DNA from: Escherichia phage vB_EcoP_PhAPEC5 | Reading direction: 5' to 3' (one strand) | DNA: 64,000 bases | Sequence record: NC_024786.1 | Shown: positions 55,739 through 64,000 of the stretch, in pieces | How positions within the stretch are numbered: the first letter of the stretch is position 1 | Layout of the letters: each line of letters starts with the position of its first letter | Made by a program: the position numbers and the translations under genes | The notes under the pieces: model-generated | Database searches by the model: none | What the model was told of the DNA's origin: nothing | What the model saw: the letters and a program-made list of their open reading frames with translations, nothing else

Positions 55739-58450
55739 TTATCGTTCCCAAACTACATCGTAGTTAACTCCGTTGGTATTAAAGTCACCGGTGTATAAAA
55801 CTAGATTGTTAGCTGGAGAATTAAACCATGCAGCATTAGTACCAGAAGCGTTAACCAAAATCTGGTCAACAATTAGGGTAATGCTCATGTTTGTAGTACG
55901 GTTACGAATAGTTAACTTACGCACCATTGCAGGAATAGCAATTGTATTGTTAGCTGCACCATTGCCCACATAAGTCAATGTTCCATACTTCCGGGATGTA
56001 CTATTCACATCACTGATACCAGTCTCATTCAGTAACAGAAGACTGTTATTACTCAACAGCATATCTGAGTTTGTAATGGTTAATTTAGAAGCTAACTTGT
56101 TACAGTCCCCATAAGATTCTTGAATCTTGTTGTAAGTACTGATTGAGGCAGCAGCAACACCACAATCAATCTCACCAGCATTCATTAGGAACAACGTATC
56201 AAAACGAGCAACACCAGCAGCAGAGGCAGCAAGTACAACCGTCTTACCACGGAAGGTATCAATGAATACTGAACCAGTACGAACAGTGGCAGTGGTATTA
56301 AACGCACTAGCAGCTACCAGACGAAGTGCAACAGTACTCTCATGGTTCACAATGAAGTTAAATACCTGAGTACCACGGATAACACCATAACCCGAGCCAA
56401 TGTTAGAGCCATTATAGACGACAAGCATGTCGCGAAGGTTGCGTGCTTCAATACTATCCAACTGTTGAATATTAGAGCAGGCTACGTTCAAGCAAGCACC
56501 CAGTCTAACACCTGCACCAGAGTTATCACCAATAAACAGTAAGTCAGACATACGCCCAAAGTTAGATGAAAGCATATCAATAAAGTTTACTGTCTGTGCT
56601 GGTAACCAAGGAGCAGAGCCAGAACCATACCAACGCTGACAAGCGATGGCTGGGTCAGTTGGGCTAGTAACGCCAGCATCCCATTCAAAGCGAATACCAG
56701 ACATATCAGCAAACTGGGCAAAACGCATACTCCACCAGATACCATCAGTTGTGTTCGAAGGAACACAGTTGATAATTGTTGGAGTAGAAGAAGCAGAACC
56801 TGCACCCCAAATCTGTACGTTTGATAAGTCTACCCCACGCAACTTAATAGCATTAAAAGTATGACGTCCAGCAGGAATGACAATTCTAAATGTTGATTGG
56901 TCATTCATAGAGTTTCTTCCTTGAAGGGAAGAAATATGACCGAGTGCATCGGATAACTGAGCAAAATCATAATAAGCAGTATTAGCATCATTGCCTACAA
57001 TGAACGAGGTATACAATGTAGCTTCAGCCCAATCTGCTGTCAAAGAAGCATTAGCAGACAAGGTGATAGGAAAAGCCCCGGAACCAACATAGGTATAAAA
57101 TTTACCATCTGCTTGATTCCATACAGCATCCCGTTTTTTATTAACAGTTGCCCCTTGTTTAAAGGAACCGTTTACTAAATTATACCCTTCATGCGCCAGT
57201 ACTTTTCTATATAGTTCAAAATCTGTATTCAAATAATCTTGAACAGATATACCCGCAGAGCTATTAATAAAAGAAGCACCGGTAGTTAAAGCTAAATTCT
57301 CGCTTGAATTTGGTACAGGTAACAAATCAACAGTGATGTTACCTGGGGCGTACGTTAACTGACCATTACTGACAGACTGGATGTACACGTTAGTCGGTAG
57401 AACGGGCAGACCGTAAGACTTCTGTTCACTAACAGAATAAATAACCTTCTTATTATTCAGGAACTGGGTAGTATCTGTACTAAGAATTACCTCACTATCC
57501 TTAACGTTAGTAGCACGAGCAACTTCCTGAAGAGTATGGTCTGGTGCTTCAAGTACCCGAGCTTCACCACCAATTTGTACAATCAAACGGTCATTGGTTG
57601 CCAGTGGTTCTGTAAGAAGAATACGTTGGTTATCCGGGTCAGCAGTATACGACTCAGTAGTTAATCCTTTATACAAACGAAGACCATTCTTATACACAGC
57701 CGGGATAGACTGGAAGGTATAAGGAATAGCAATAATCTGTTCTCCACCTACAGCAGCTCCATTGTTGTATAACCAGTTAATCTGAACCCAGTCATTAACA
57801 TTAGGGTTATCTGGTAAAGCAGGAACCCCAGTCAGAAGGAATACTACTTCATCACCTTCTTCCAGAGGCTGAGCCAGAGTTACGGACAGATTGTCTACGT
57901 TAAAATCAAAGCCACGGCCTACATACTGCATGTCACCATTAATAATAATGAAAGGTACACCTACCGTATTATCCGGTACGTTGATTGTAGTTTCCCCACC
58001 AGCAGCAGAACCATTTGCGTATACCCATGGAATGTAAGCACCTTCTCCGGAGGAAGTACTACCACCATTAGAACCAGATGTAGCAACAGTAATCCATGAA
58101 CCGGTTGCAGTAGTATCGTTAGGCAGAATACCTGTATGATCTCCTTCCACATACAAGTAGTCAGTAACCTGACGATCACCTGCACGAGAGAAGCCATAGA
58201 TACGTGCATATTTAGCTTTAGTAGTTAATGCTTTAAGTTCTGCCTCAGACTGTACGCCAAGTACCATTCCATACTGGTTAAGGAAGTCATAGATAAGTTT
58301 CAGGTTACCCAAATTGCAGTACACAGTACGAACCACATGGTAAGCATTACCAAGTAACGCATCTACCATTGGGTCGTTGGAACTGTTCTGGCAGTAAGGA
58401 TTGGTCCAATCCTGATTTGCATCGAAGGGGGTATGTGCGTTCATCGCCAT
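55739..58450 (-). CDS. tailspike protein with beta-helix-like repeats
   Basis: 903 aa; Asn/Gly/Thr-rich repetitive rungs; adjacent to the other spike gene. Confidence 0.5.
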   Translation of the reverse strand: MAMNAHTPFDANQDWTNPYCQNSSNDPMVDALLGNAYHVVRTVYCNLGNLKLIYDFLNQYGMVLGVQSEAELKALTTKAKYARIYGFSRAGDRQVTDYLYVEGDHTGILPNDTTATGSWITVATSGSNGGSTSSGEGAYIPWVYANGSAAGGETTINVPDNTVGVPFIIINGDMQYVGRGFDFNVDNLSVTLAQPLEEGDEVVFLLTGVPALPDNPNVNDWVQINWLYNNGAAVGGEQIIAIPYTFQSIPAVYKNGLRLYKGLTTESYTADPDNQRILLTEPLATNDRLIVQIGGEARVLEAPDHTLQEVARATNVKDSEVILSTDTTQFLNNKKVIYSVSEQKSYGLPVLPTNVYIQSVSNGQLTYAPGNITVDLLPVPNSSENLALTTGASFINSSAGISVQDYLNTDFELYRKVLAHEGYNLVNGSFKQGATVNKKRDAVWNQADGKFYTYVGSGAFPITLSANASLTADWAEATLYTSFIVGNDANTAYYDFAQLSDALGHISSLQGRNSMNDQSTFRIVIPAGRHTFNAIKLRGVDLSNVQIWGAGSASSTPTIINCVPSNTTDGIWWSMRFAQFADMSGIRFEWDAGVTSPTDPAIACQRWYGSGSAPWLPAQTVNFIDMLSSNFGRMSDLLFIGDNSGAGVRLGACLNVACSNIQQLDSIEARNLRDMLVVYNGSNIGSGYGVIRGTQVFNFIVNHESTVALRLVAASAFNTTATVRTGSVFIDTFRGKTVVLAASAAGVARFDTLFLMNAGEIDCGVAAASISTYNKIQESYGDCNKLASKLTITNSDMLLSNNSLLLLNETGISDVNSTSRKYGTLTYVGNGAANNTIAIPAMVRKLTIRNRTTNMSITLIVDQILVNASGTNAAWFNSPANNLVLYTGDFNTNGVNYDVVWER

Positions 58451-59151
58451 CCTCGTTGTTCAAATTTAGTTTCGGTAATTGAAATACTTCCATTAGCCAG
58501 GTCGTAATCAACAACCTCACCACAGATGCTTTCATACGTTTGCAGATACTCTGCTGCTTTAGCGTTAGCTTCTGGAGTATTCAAACCAGTGTGGTAACGA
58601 TAACCCACCCAGTTATGAAGTGCTGTCATTAGCGTATCAGCTAAGTCAACTTCCTGTTCTTCGTCACCCGTAAGCACTGGGTGCTTAGCTTGATACGTTA
58701 CGTTAAGTGCCTCGAAGTGTCGAGGTCGCATACACTGAATAGTATCAGGTCGTGGGGTGAAGATAGCATGAGGGTCTGAATCGTCGTTAAGTCTACGTCG
58801 ATTCCCAGAGTTATCAAACACATTTAAGATTTTAATAACATCATCCTGGAAAGGTTTCATGAACCCATCCATGATGTAAGGATACTGAATCTCAAGAGTA
58901 GGCTTAGTAAATCTGGAGTAAGCATATTTGGATTGAAGAGGATAATCAGTACGTCCTTCCTTCATCTCCACAATGCAGCTATTAGTCTTAAGAGGGAAAC
59001 GACTATGCAGTCGTACCAGCCCCTCATTAATAGCTGCCAGTATCTCCGGCTTACTATCCGGTTCAATACCCAGCCTGTCATCCGTGACTGCACCAGTACC
59101 CTTCAAGGTACTTAGTGCCAAGCCACGATATACTTCCGATAATTTCTGCAT
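58441..59151 (-). CDS. virion protein (hypothetical)
   Basis: 236-aa ORF between terminase and tailspike genes. Confidence 0.35.
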   Translation of the reverse strand: MQKLSEVYRGLALSTLKGTGAVTDDRLGIEPDSKPEILAAINEGLVRLHSRFPLKTNSCIVEMKEGRTDYPLQSKYAYSRFTKPTLEIQYPYIMDGFMKPFQDDVIKILNVFDNSGNRRRLNDDSDPHAIFTPRPDTIQCMRPRHFEALNVTYQAKHPVLTGDEEQEVDLADTLMTALHNWVGYRYHTGLNTPEANAKAAEYLQTYESICGEVVDYDLANGSISITETKFEQRGWR

Positions 59152-59157
59152 GGTTCC

Positions 59158-60768
59158 TCACACAATGTATGAACGTAGTGGGTTAACACTATCTTCTTCT
59201 TCCTCATCCCACATCGGGTCACCCTTGTTATCCACCATAGTCATACCTGCTTGTGGCTTCCAAGGATTGAGATAACCCAGCATGGAGATAGTATCAATAC
59301 AGTCATCCTTACCTTTGATTCCATTAATGGTAGCTAGTTTAATCTGGCCCATGAACAGACCCATAATAGTTGTATCTCTCAACTCCTCTGGGAAGTACAT
59401 CTTACCAACCTTGAACCATGGAACTACCAGGTTAAAGCGTGACAGCTTAGAGGTTACAGGACGGATGCCTGGCTTACCACCCTCAGAGGATGCAAAGTTA
59501 AAGAAGACATTACGGTTAATCATTTCTTTCTGAAGAAGTGAGATGAATCCACCCTGCTGCCCTGTGACTTCAATACCAACATTTTGTGGTTGGTATTCTT
59601 GAACCAGACGGAACAAGTCATCAAAGTTTTTATCCATAAGCTGACGATTAGCCACACCGTCAACCCAGAACCAATCTCCATTAGAACTATAAGCCCAAAC
59701 TGATATGACACTGTAGTCACTGGTCTGTTTCTCCGAGGTAGCAAAGTCGGTCGTAATGTAATAGTTGTAGCAAGACTTCATCCTCAATAGCTGTTGTCTG
59801 CTGTACCATTTAATCTCACTATCCTGAACAAGACGTTCATCTTCAGAACTAATACGAAGCATAAGTTCCTGATAGAAGCCAGCCAACTTACCGGTCTTAA
59901 CTGCCATGTCATATTGGGCTTTTATGTAGTCATATGAAAAACGGTCATCCCATGCACCCTGAAACTCTTCCCTACTACAGGGAAACTTCTCACACACAGG
60001 CCATACGTTGACATCCCATGCACCAGACTCAACTGCTTCAATAATGATGTCTTCCTTATTAAATGGAGTACCATTGAAGATTACTTTACGACGTGTTGGG
60101 TCAAGAGCATGGTTCACACCTTTATAGACAGTATCCTTAATAGCTTCCATACTCGTCTTAGAGTTAGCATCACCATCACTAATCAAGTCATCCAGTACAC
60201 AGAGCGTCGGACGTTTACCATATATCTTCGTACCACGAAGACCTGTCTTAGCACCAAACAACTTAACACCCAGTCGATGTCCTTCTGCATTACGGAACTC
60301 TAACAGGTTATCTGTAAAGGTAGCTTCAGGTATCCACTGTTGAAGGAACTCACTATTCTTGTATCGGAACTCAATGTTCTTACGTGCAGACTTAGCACCG
60401 TTATCCATTGAGTCAGATACGTAAATCATCCCTTCTACCTTGCCCAGACTTGGTAAGTGCCCAAACACTGCCAAGAACAAAGTAAAGTATTCCATGAACA
60501 CAGCAGTCTTACCTGCACCACGGAAACACAGGTTAACTACATACTGGTTCGGGGTAATCATCTTATCCAGCATCTTCAGGTGAACCGGGGGTGTTTTGTT
60601 GGATTCACCTTCTTTGCCATTAACCAACTTAATAAAGTTAGCAAAGGTAAGAGCAAACTGACTGGGAACGTAGTTAGAAGAGTTAAGGTGGGAGTAATCC
60701 ACCTGGTCTAGCCATTCATCTAGTTCCTGTTTAATTAACTCAGACATCTGTAATGTCCTCATCTGCAC
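59158..60768 (-). CDS. terminase large subunit
   Basis: Walker A-like FRGAGKT, Walker B-like LCVLDDLISDGD, C-terminal nuclease-like region; 536 aa. Confidence 0.8.
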   Translation of the reverse strand: MQMRTLQMSELIKQELDEWLDQVDYSHLNSSNYVPSQFALTFANFIKLVNGKEGESNKTPPVHLKMLDKMITPNQYVVNLCFRGAGKTAVFMEYFTLFLAVFGHLPSLGKVEGMIYVSDSMDNGAKSARKNIEFRYKNSEFLQQWIPEATFTDNLLEFRNAEGHRLGVKLFGAKTGLRGTKIYGKRPTLCVLDDLISDGDANSKTSMEAIKDTVYKGVNHALDPTRRKVIFNGTPFNKEDIIIEAVESGAWDVNVWPVCEKFPCSREEFQGAWDDRFSYDYIKAQYDMAVKTGKLAGFYQELMLRISSEDERLVQDSEIKWYSRQQLLRMKSCYNYYITTDFATSEKQTSDYSVISVWAYSSNGDWFWVDGVANRQLMDKNFDDLFRLVQEYQPQNVGIEVTGQQGGFISLLQKEMINRNVFFNFASSEGGKPGIRPVTSKLSRFNLVVPWFKVGKMYFPEELRDTTIMGLFMGQIKLATINGIKGKDDCIDTISMLGYLNPWKPQAGMTMVDNKGDPMWDEEEEDSVNPLRSYIV

Positions 60769-61429
60769 GTACTAGTTTAGAACCAGCAATCTCTTTAGTA
60801 GGTACGCCACTATTGATTGCACTAATTTGCTGTTCAGCCAATGCAGCAAGTGTTGCCTTGAGGTCAGTCAATCCAGAGTTCTCTCTTAAGTCCAGATTGA
60901 TATTCGTTACCTGGTCTTTCGGTTTAGCTAAGTGAGTGAGGATAGAGTTAGCTGCATCACACCTTACTTTCTCACTTGCTGCTGTATTCATTAGTTCAAC
61001 CTGTACGTTGATAGCCTTCTGATAATTGTCCTGGTTCACAATCCACACTGGAACCAAACTTTGTTCCATGATTAGGTTAACTAACTTACCTCTGTGATAA
61101 GCAGATACGTAAGCACTAATATCTTTCTCACTGGTTCCTCGTGCTACAAGTTCTGCTTGTCGGTTGGGGAATGTCTTGAAGTAGGCTTCCTTATTCGAGT
61201 AGCCCATGTGTTTGTAAGTTACATACTGAACTGCATTCATGTAGTCCTGTGTCTTAAACTTACCTTCCTTCATAACACCAGAGTAAGAGATGAAGTTTTC
61301 ACGGAATGACTCAGCAACCAGTTGGTCTTGGGTTACGTTGTTAATCGTGTCTACCAACTCTTGGCTCACACTGTTCTTGAAGTTAGCAGGTAAGGCATTA
61401 ACAATCTGCTGCTTAGTTAGTTCACTCAT
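60740..61429 (-). CDS. putative terminase small subunit or DNA-packaging accessory protein
   Basis: 229-aa ORF immediately upstream of and overlapping the large terminase gene; assignment by position only. Confidence 0.35.
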   Translation of the reverse strand: MSELTKQQIVNALPANFKNSVSQELVDTINNVTQDQLVAESFRENFISYSGVMKEGKFKTQDYMNAVQYVTYKHMGYSNKEAYFKTFPNRQAELVARGTSEKDISAYVSAYHRGKLVNLIMEQSLVPVWIVNQDNYQKAINVQVELMNTAASEKVRCDAANSILTHLAKPKDQVTNINLDLRENSGLTDLKATLAALAEQQISAINSGVPTKEIAGSKLVRADEDITDV

Positions 61430-61600
61430 ACTTATCTCTCTACAAAGTTATGTCTATTAACGAAGATTCTTTTCTTGGGGTGAGATACCCCTTGAAGAAA
61501 CTCTATCACACAGTTACACTTTAGTCATGATATAGAAAAAGTTCATGATACTAAATAGTATGTAATGTTCCGATGACCCTATTCCCCAAGGAGTACCCCC

Positions 61601-61891
61601 TTGAGAATCTATATGAGAGTCCAAGACTCTGAAGACAAATACTCAGAGATAGACCACACCAAAGCTGGCTTTATGGCTGGTGATATAATCCTTACCCATG
61701 ACGAAGATACATTCCATGAGTTATCTGGAATGATGCTGTTAGAGAACCGTCCCGGTGTTACAATCCTAGAACCACAAGAAACTTACTCTTTAGAAAAGTC
61801 TATTCCATCTCTTGTGTTCTTTACAAAATTACCTCATAGTGTCTCCATCAAACGAAGCAAAGATAGCGTTCGGATGACGGTGATGATGTGA
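61601..61891 (+). CDS. early-region small protein, paralogue family member A
   Basis: Shares motif (DIILTHDEDTFHELSGMMLLENRPGVTILEP) with downstream ORFs. Confidence 0.45.
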   Translation: MRIYMRVQDSEDKYSEIDHTKAGFMAGDIILTHDEDTFHELSGMMLLENRPGVTILEPQETYSLEKSIPSLVFFTKLPHSVSIKRSKDSVRMTVMM

Positions 61892-62040
61892 TTAGTCATA
61901 CCGCCTAGTAGACAGTGGCGGTACTCGTAAAGAGTTAATAACTTCTACAGTCAGGGTTCCCCGGCTCCTTTCCTACTCCGTAGGTCTAACGGTACATAAG
62001 TACCTAGGGGGATGAACTGACCCGTGATTGAAAACGGTAA

Positions 62041-62076
62041 GGGGTAGAGTCGAGAGGCTCTACCCCATTTCTTTTT
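62041..62076 (+). terminator. Rho-independent terminator
   Basis: Stem GGGGTAGAG / CTCTACCCC (9 bp) followed by ATTTCTTTTT. Confidence 0.65.
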
Positions 62077-62092
62077 CTGGAGGTATGCAATT

Positions 62093-62491
62093 ATGAGCAT
62101 CTACTTTTTTGATATTGATATTACTGGTGTACTGCATAGACAAGAACCCCATTGCTTGGGAGAACCAGAAGCAGTAAGTAAGATGCTTGCCCCATGGCAA
62201 TCAGTATTCTTTCCTAACTGCGATGAATCCCATGAGGTTATTGGCTCTCTTTTCTTATCCAACCTTCAGCTTAACACTGAGATACTTACTGAACCAAAAG
62301 TATATGATCTCACTCAGTACAGCGAGTTCAACAAGTTCTTCCCCGGTGTACGCTTCTATAAGATAGATGGTTGGGAATTGATAGCTGACCATAACGTCTT
62401 TAATAAAACACTTTCCATTTACTTCAGACCTATCCCTAAAGGAAGGAAAATCAATCATGAAATTCATAATGACTATCCCCAGTTTTGCTGA
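62093..62491 (+). CDS. early-region small protein, paralogue family member B
   Basis: Motif VFFPNCDESHEVIGSLFLSNLQLNTEILTEP. Confidence 0.45.
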   Translation: MSIYFFDIDITGVLHRQEPHCLGEPEAVSKMLAPWQSVFFPNCDESHEVIGSLFLSNLQLNTEILTEPKVYDLTQYSEFNKFFPGVRFYKIDGWELIADHNVFNKTLSIYFRPIPKGRKINHEIHNDYPQFC

Positions 62492-62771
62492 AAGGACACC
62501 CATGTACACAAATGACTTCACTTTAGAAGAAGTCATGGATAGTAGTTCCCAACGTGTAATACTAGTTCCTACCTTAGAGGACTACCATGAAGTAAGGGGC
62601 CAATTATTCTTAGCGGGTAATGACCGTAAGGTTGTATGTATTATTCCTCCTTCCATCTACCCCGTTAGTAGTGCAGATGACGCTCTACCTTTCATGATGG
62701 TGTCCGATGAATACCAGTGGAATACCCGTTATGAGAATGACGAATACCGTTACTATTACGTAAGGAAGTAA
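62457..62771 (+). CDS. early-region small protein, paralogue family member C
   Basis: Motif VILVPTLEDYHEVRGQLFLAGNDRKVVCIIPP. Confidence 0.45.
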   Translation: MKFIMTIPSFAERTPMYTNDFTLEEVMDSSSQRVILVPTLEDYHEVRGQLFLAGNDRKVVCIIPPSIYPVSSADDALPFMMVSDEYQWNTRYENDEYRYYYVRK

Positions 62772-62774
62772 GCC

Positions 62775-63092
62775 ATGCACTTCTACGGTTTGAGTAGTCG
62801 TAGTACCTGTCCCCTTAATCTGGGGGTAGGTAAATCTCCTTGGTTGGGAATAAGTAAACCCATGACCATGTACTATGAACAATGTGAAAAAGCAGATGAG
62901 TTCATCGGAACCTGTTTAATGTTAGGTGCACCTATTACCTTTATTAGGATAGATACTTCCATTGAAGTTCCAGAAGATGTCACTGTATACATCTACTCCT
63001 CCAGCGAACCTATGGTAGCTACTACTCTTACAGGTAGACTCATTACTCTGTATCCTTCTTCCTCATATTTATCTAGCGGTGAGAGCTACTAA
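62775..63092 (+). CDS. early-region small protein (divergent family member)
   Basis: Weaker copy of the motif (ADEFIGTCLMLGAPITFIRI). Confidence 0.4.
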   Translation: MHFYGLSSRSTCPLNLGVGKSPWLGISKPMTMYYEQCEKADEFIGTCLMLGAPITFIRIDTSIEVPEDVTVYIYSSSEPMVATTLTGRLITLYPSSSYLSSGESY

Positions 63093-63361
63093 TGATTATT
63101 AGTAAACTATATGATGATTACGAACACCGTAAAGAAGTATCTAACCTAATTGCTGATGTACTTATCCTGGTTCCAGACGAGCAGTCCTTGCATGAACTAC
63201 AGGGATTGCTTTTCTTATACAATAAGAAAGCAGAAGTACATCTACTTGAACCAGGAACACCGATGTCCTGGCAAGGTGGCTTTAGTCCTTGGCATCTCAA
63301 TACGGATGAGTACATTCTAGCCTTCGAGAATAACACCTCCATCTATAAGGAAAGACAATGA
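63092..63361 (+). CDS. early-region small protein, paralogue family member D
   Basis: Motif VLILVPDEQSLHELQGLLFLYNKKAEVHLLEP. Confidence 0.45.
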   Translation: MIISKLYDDYEHRKEVSNLIADVLILVPDEQSLHELQGLLFLYNKKAEVHLLEPGTPMSWQGGFSPWHLNTDEYILAFENNTSIYKERQ

Positions 63362-63672
63362 AACTAAACACATCCCCCTATCCAATACAGTTAGAAGTAG
63401 TATTCGACTGGGGTATATTCTCAAAGAAGTACAAGAAAGCTAAAAGCATTGAACCAGAGGAACAAAGCAAAGGTGTTACTACACTGCTTCCCGATGGTTC
63501 GGTACTTATCTATGTACAGGATAGTAACCCTATCACATTGGTTCATGAACTTAATCACTTCTGCATATACACGTTTGGCTTCGTTGGCTTACCAATTAAT
63601 GATGAATCATCCGAGGCATACTGTTATTACATGGACAGTCTTCTTAAACAGGTACTAAAGCATGAACGTTAA
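63358..63672 (+). CDS. early-region small protein with HExxH-like motif
   Basis: Contains LVHELNHF; ATGA-type overlap with neighbours. Confidence 0.4.
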   Translation: MKLNTSPYPIQLEVVFDWGIFSKKYKKAKSIEPEEQSKGVTTLLPDGSVLIYVQDSNPITLVHELNHFCIYTFGFVGLPINDESSEAYCYYMDSLLKQVLKHER

Positions 63673-64000
63673 ACTCTTAGGTATGCGTGGTACAGCTTTA
63701 CTGCACTACTCTTCTGAACCAGAGAAAGCAATCATCCACCTTATGTCCTATGGGGATTCCACACTAATAATGGAACCAGGAGAGTTAGCAGACTTTGCAC
63801 AAGGACATAAGATTCTTACTAACAGCAATGCAAAGATAGTTATCTTGCAAAATGGTGAGTCAGCCTTCATCTTATTAGGTGATTATGCTCATGTGTTTAT
63901 CAAAGATGCTGCCGTAAGACATAGTAGTGGTAACCCTAACCATCCTGATTATTACTCTGGCATAGCTCGTATTATCACCCGAATCTCACCTCCTATTTAA
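63662..64000 (+). CDS. early-region small protein, paralogue family member E
   Basis: Motif LIMEPGELADFAQGHKILTNSNAKIVILQ; stop codon is the last three bases of the window. Confidence 0.4.
   Translation: MNVKLLGMRGTALLHYSSEPEKAIIHLMSYGDSTLIMEPGELADFAQGHKILTNSNAKIVILQNGESAFILLGDYAHVFIKDAAVRHSSGNPNHPDYYSGIARIITRISPPI

Noticed and set aside
1-64000. Search for a lysogeny module (integrase, repressor, attachment site) or cargo defence systems
   Set aside because: No tyrosine/serine recombinase-like ORF, no repressor-antirepressor pair and no toxin-antitoxin or restriction-modification signatures were recognised; the architecture is that of a virulent phage.

Overview
The window reads as most of the genome of an N4-like podophage (Schitoviridae-type), inferred from gene order and motifs only; no database search was possible. 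Layout: (1) 1-25.6 kb, + strand early/middle and replication genes: Ig-like decoration protein, MoxR-type AAA+ ATPase with VWA partner, dCTP-deaminase-like and ThyX-like enzymes, Imm-like membrane protein, rIIA/rIIB-like pair, Dda-like helicase, family-A DNA polymerase, two HNH endonucleases, P-loop ATPase, RuvC-like resolvase; (2) 25.6-27.8 kb, an ORF-poor, hairpin-dense region with several tRNA-like T-arm/acceptor elements; (3) 29-61.4 kb, - strand late genes: a 3,577-aa virion RNA polymerase, structural proteins, major capsid, portal, lysis cassette, two beta-helix tailspikes, large terminase; (4) 61.6-64 kb, + strand array of small paralogous genes. The strongest finding is that the DNA polymerase gene is interrupted inside its conserved GRLSSxxPNLQNIP motif by a 706-nt element with the sequence hallmarks of a self-splicing group I intron carrying an HNH endonuclease ORF. 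Other leads are the structured non-coding region, a Tad2-like (DUF2829) candidate anti-defence protein, a free-standing HNH-AP2 endonuclease and the early-gene paralogue array. No integrase, CRISPR array or rRNA was seen.
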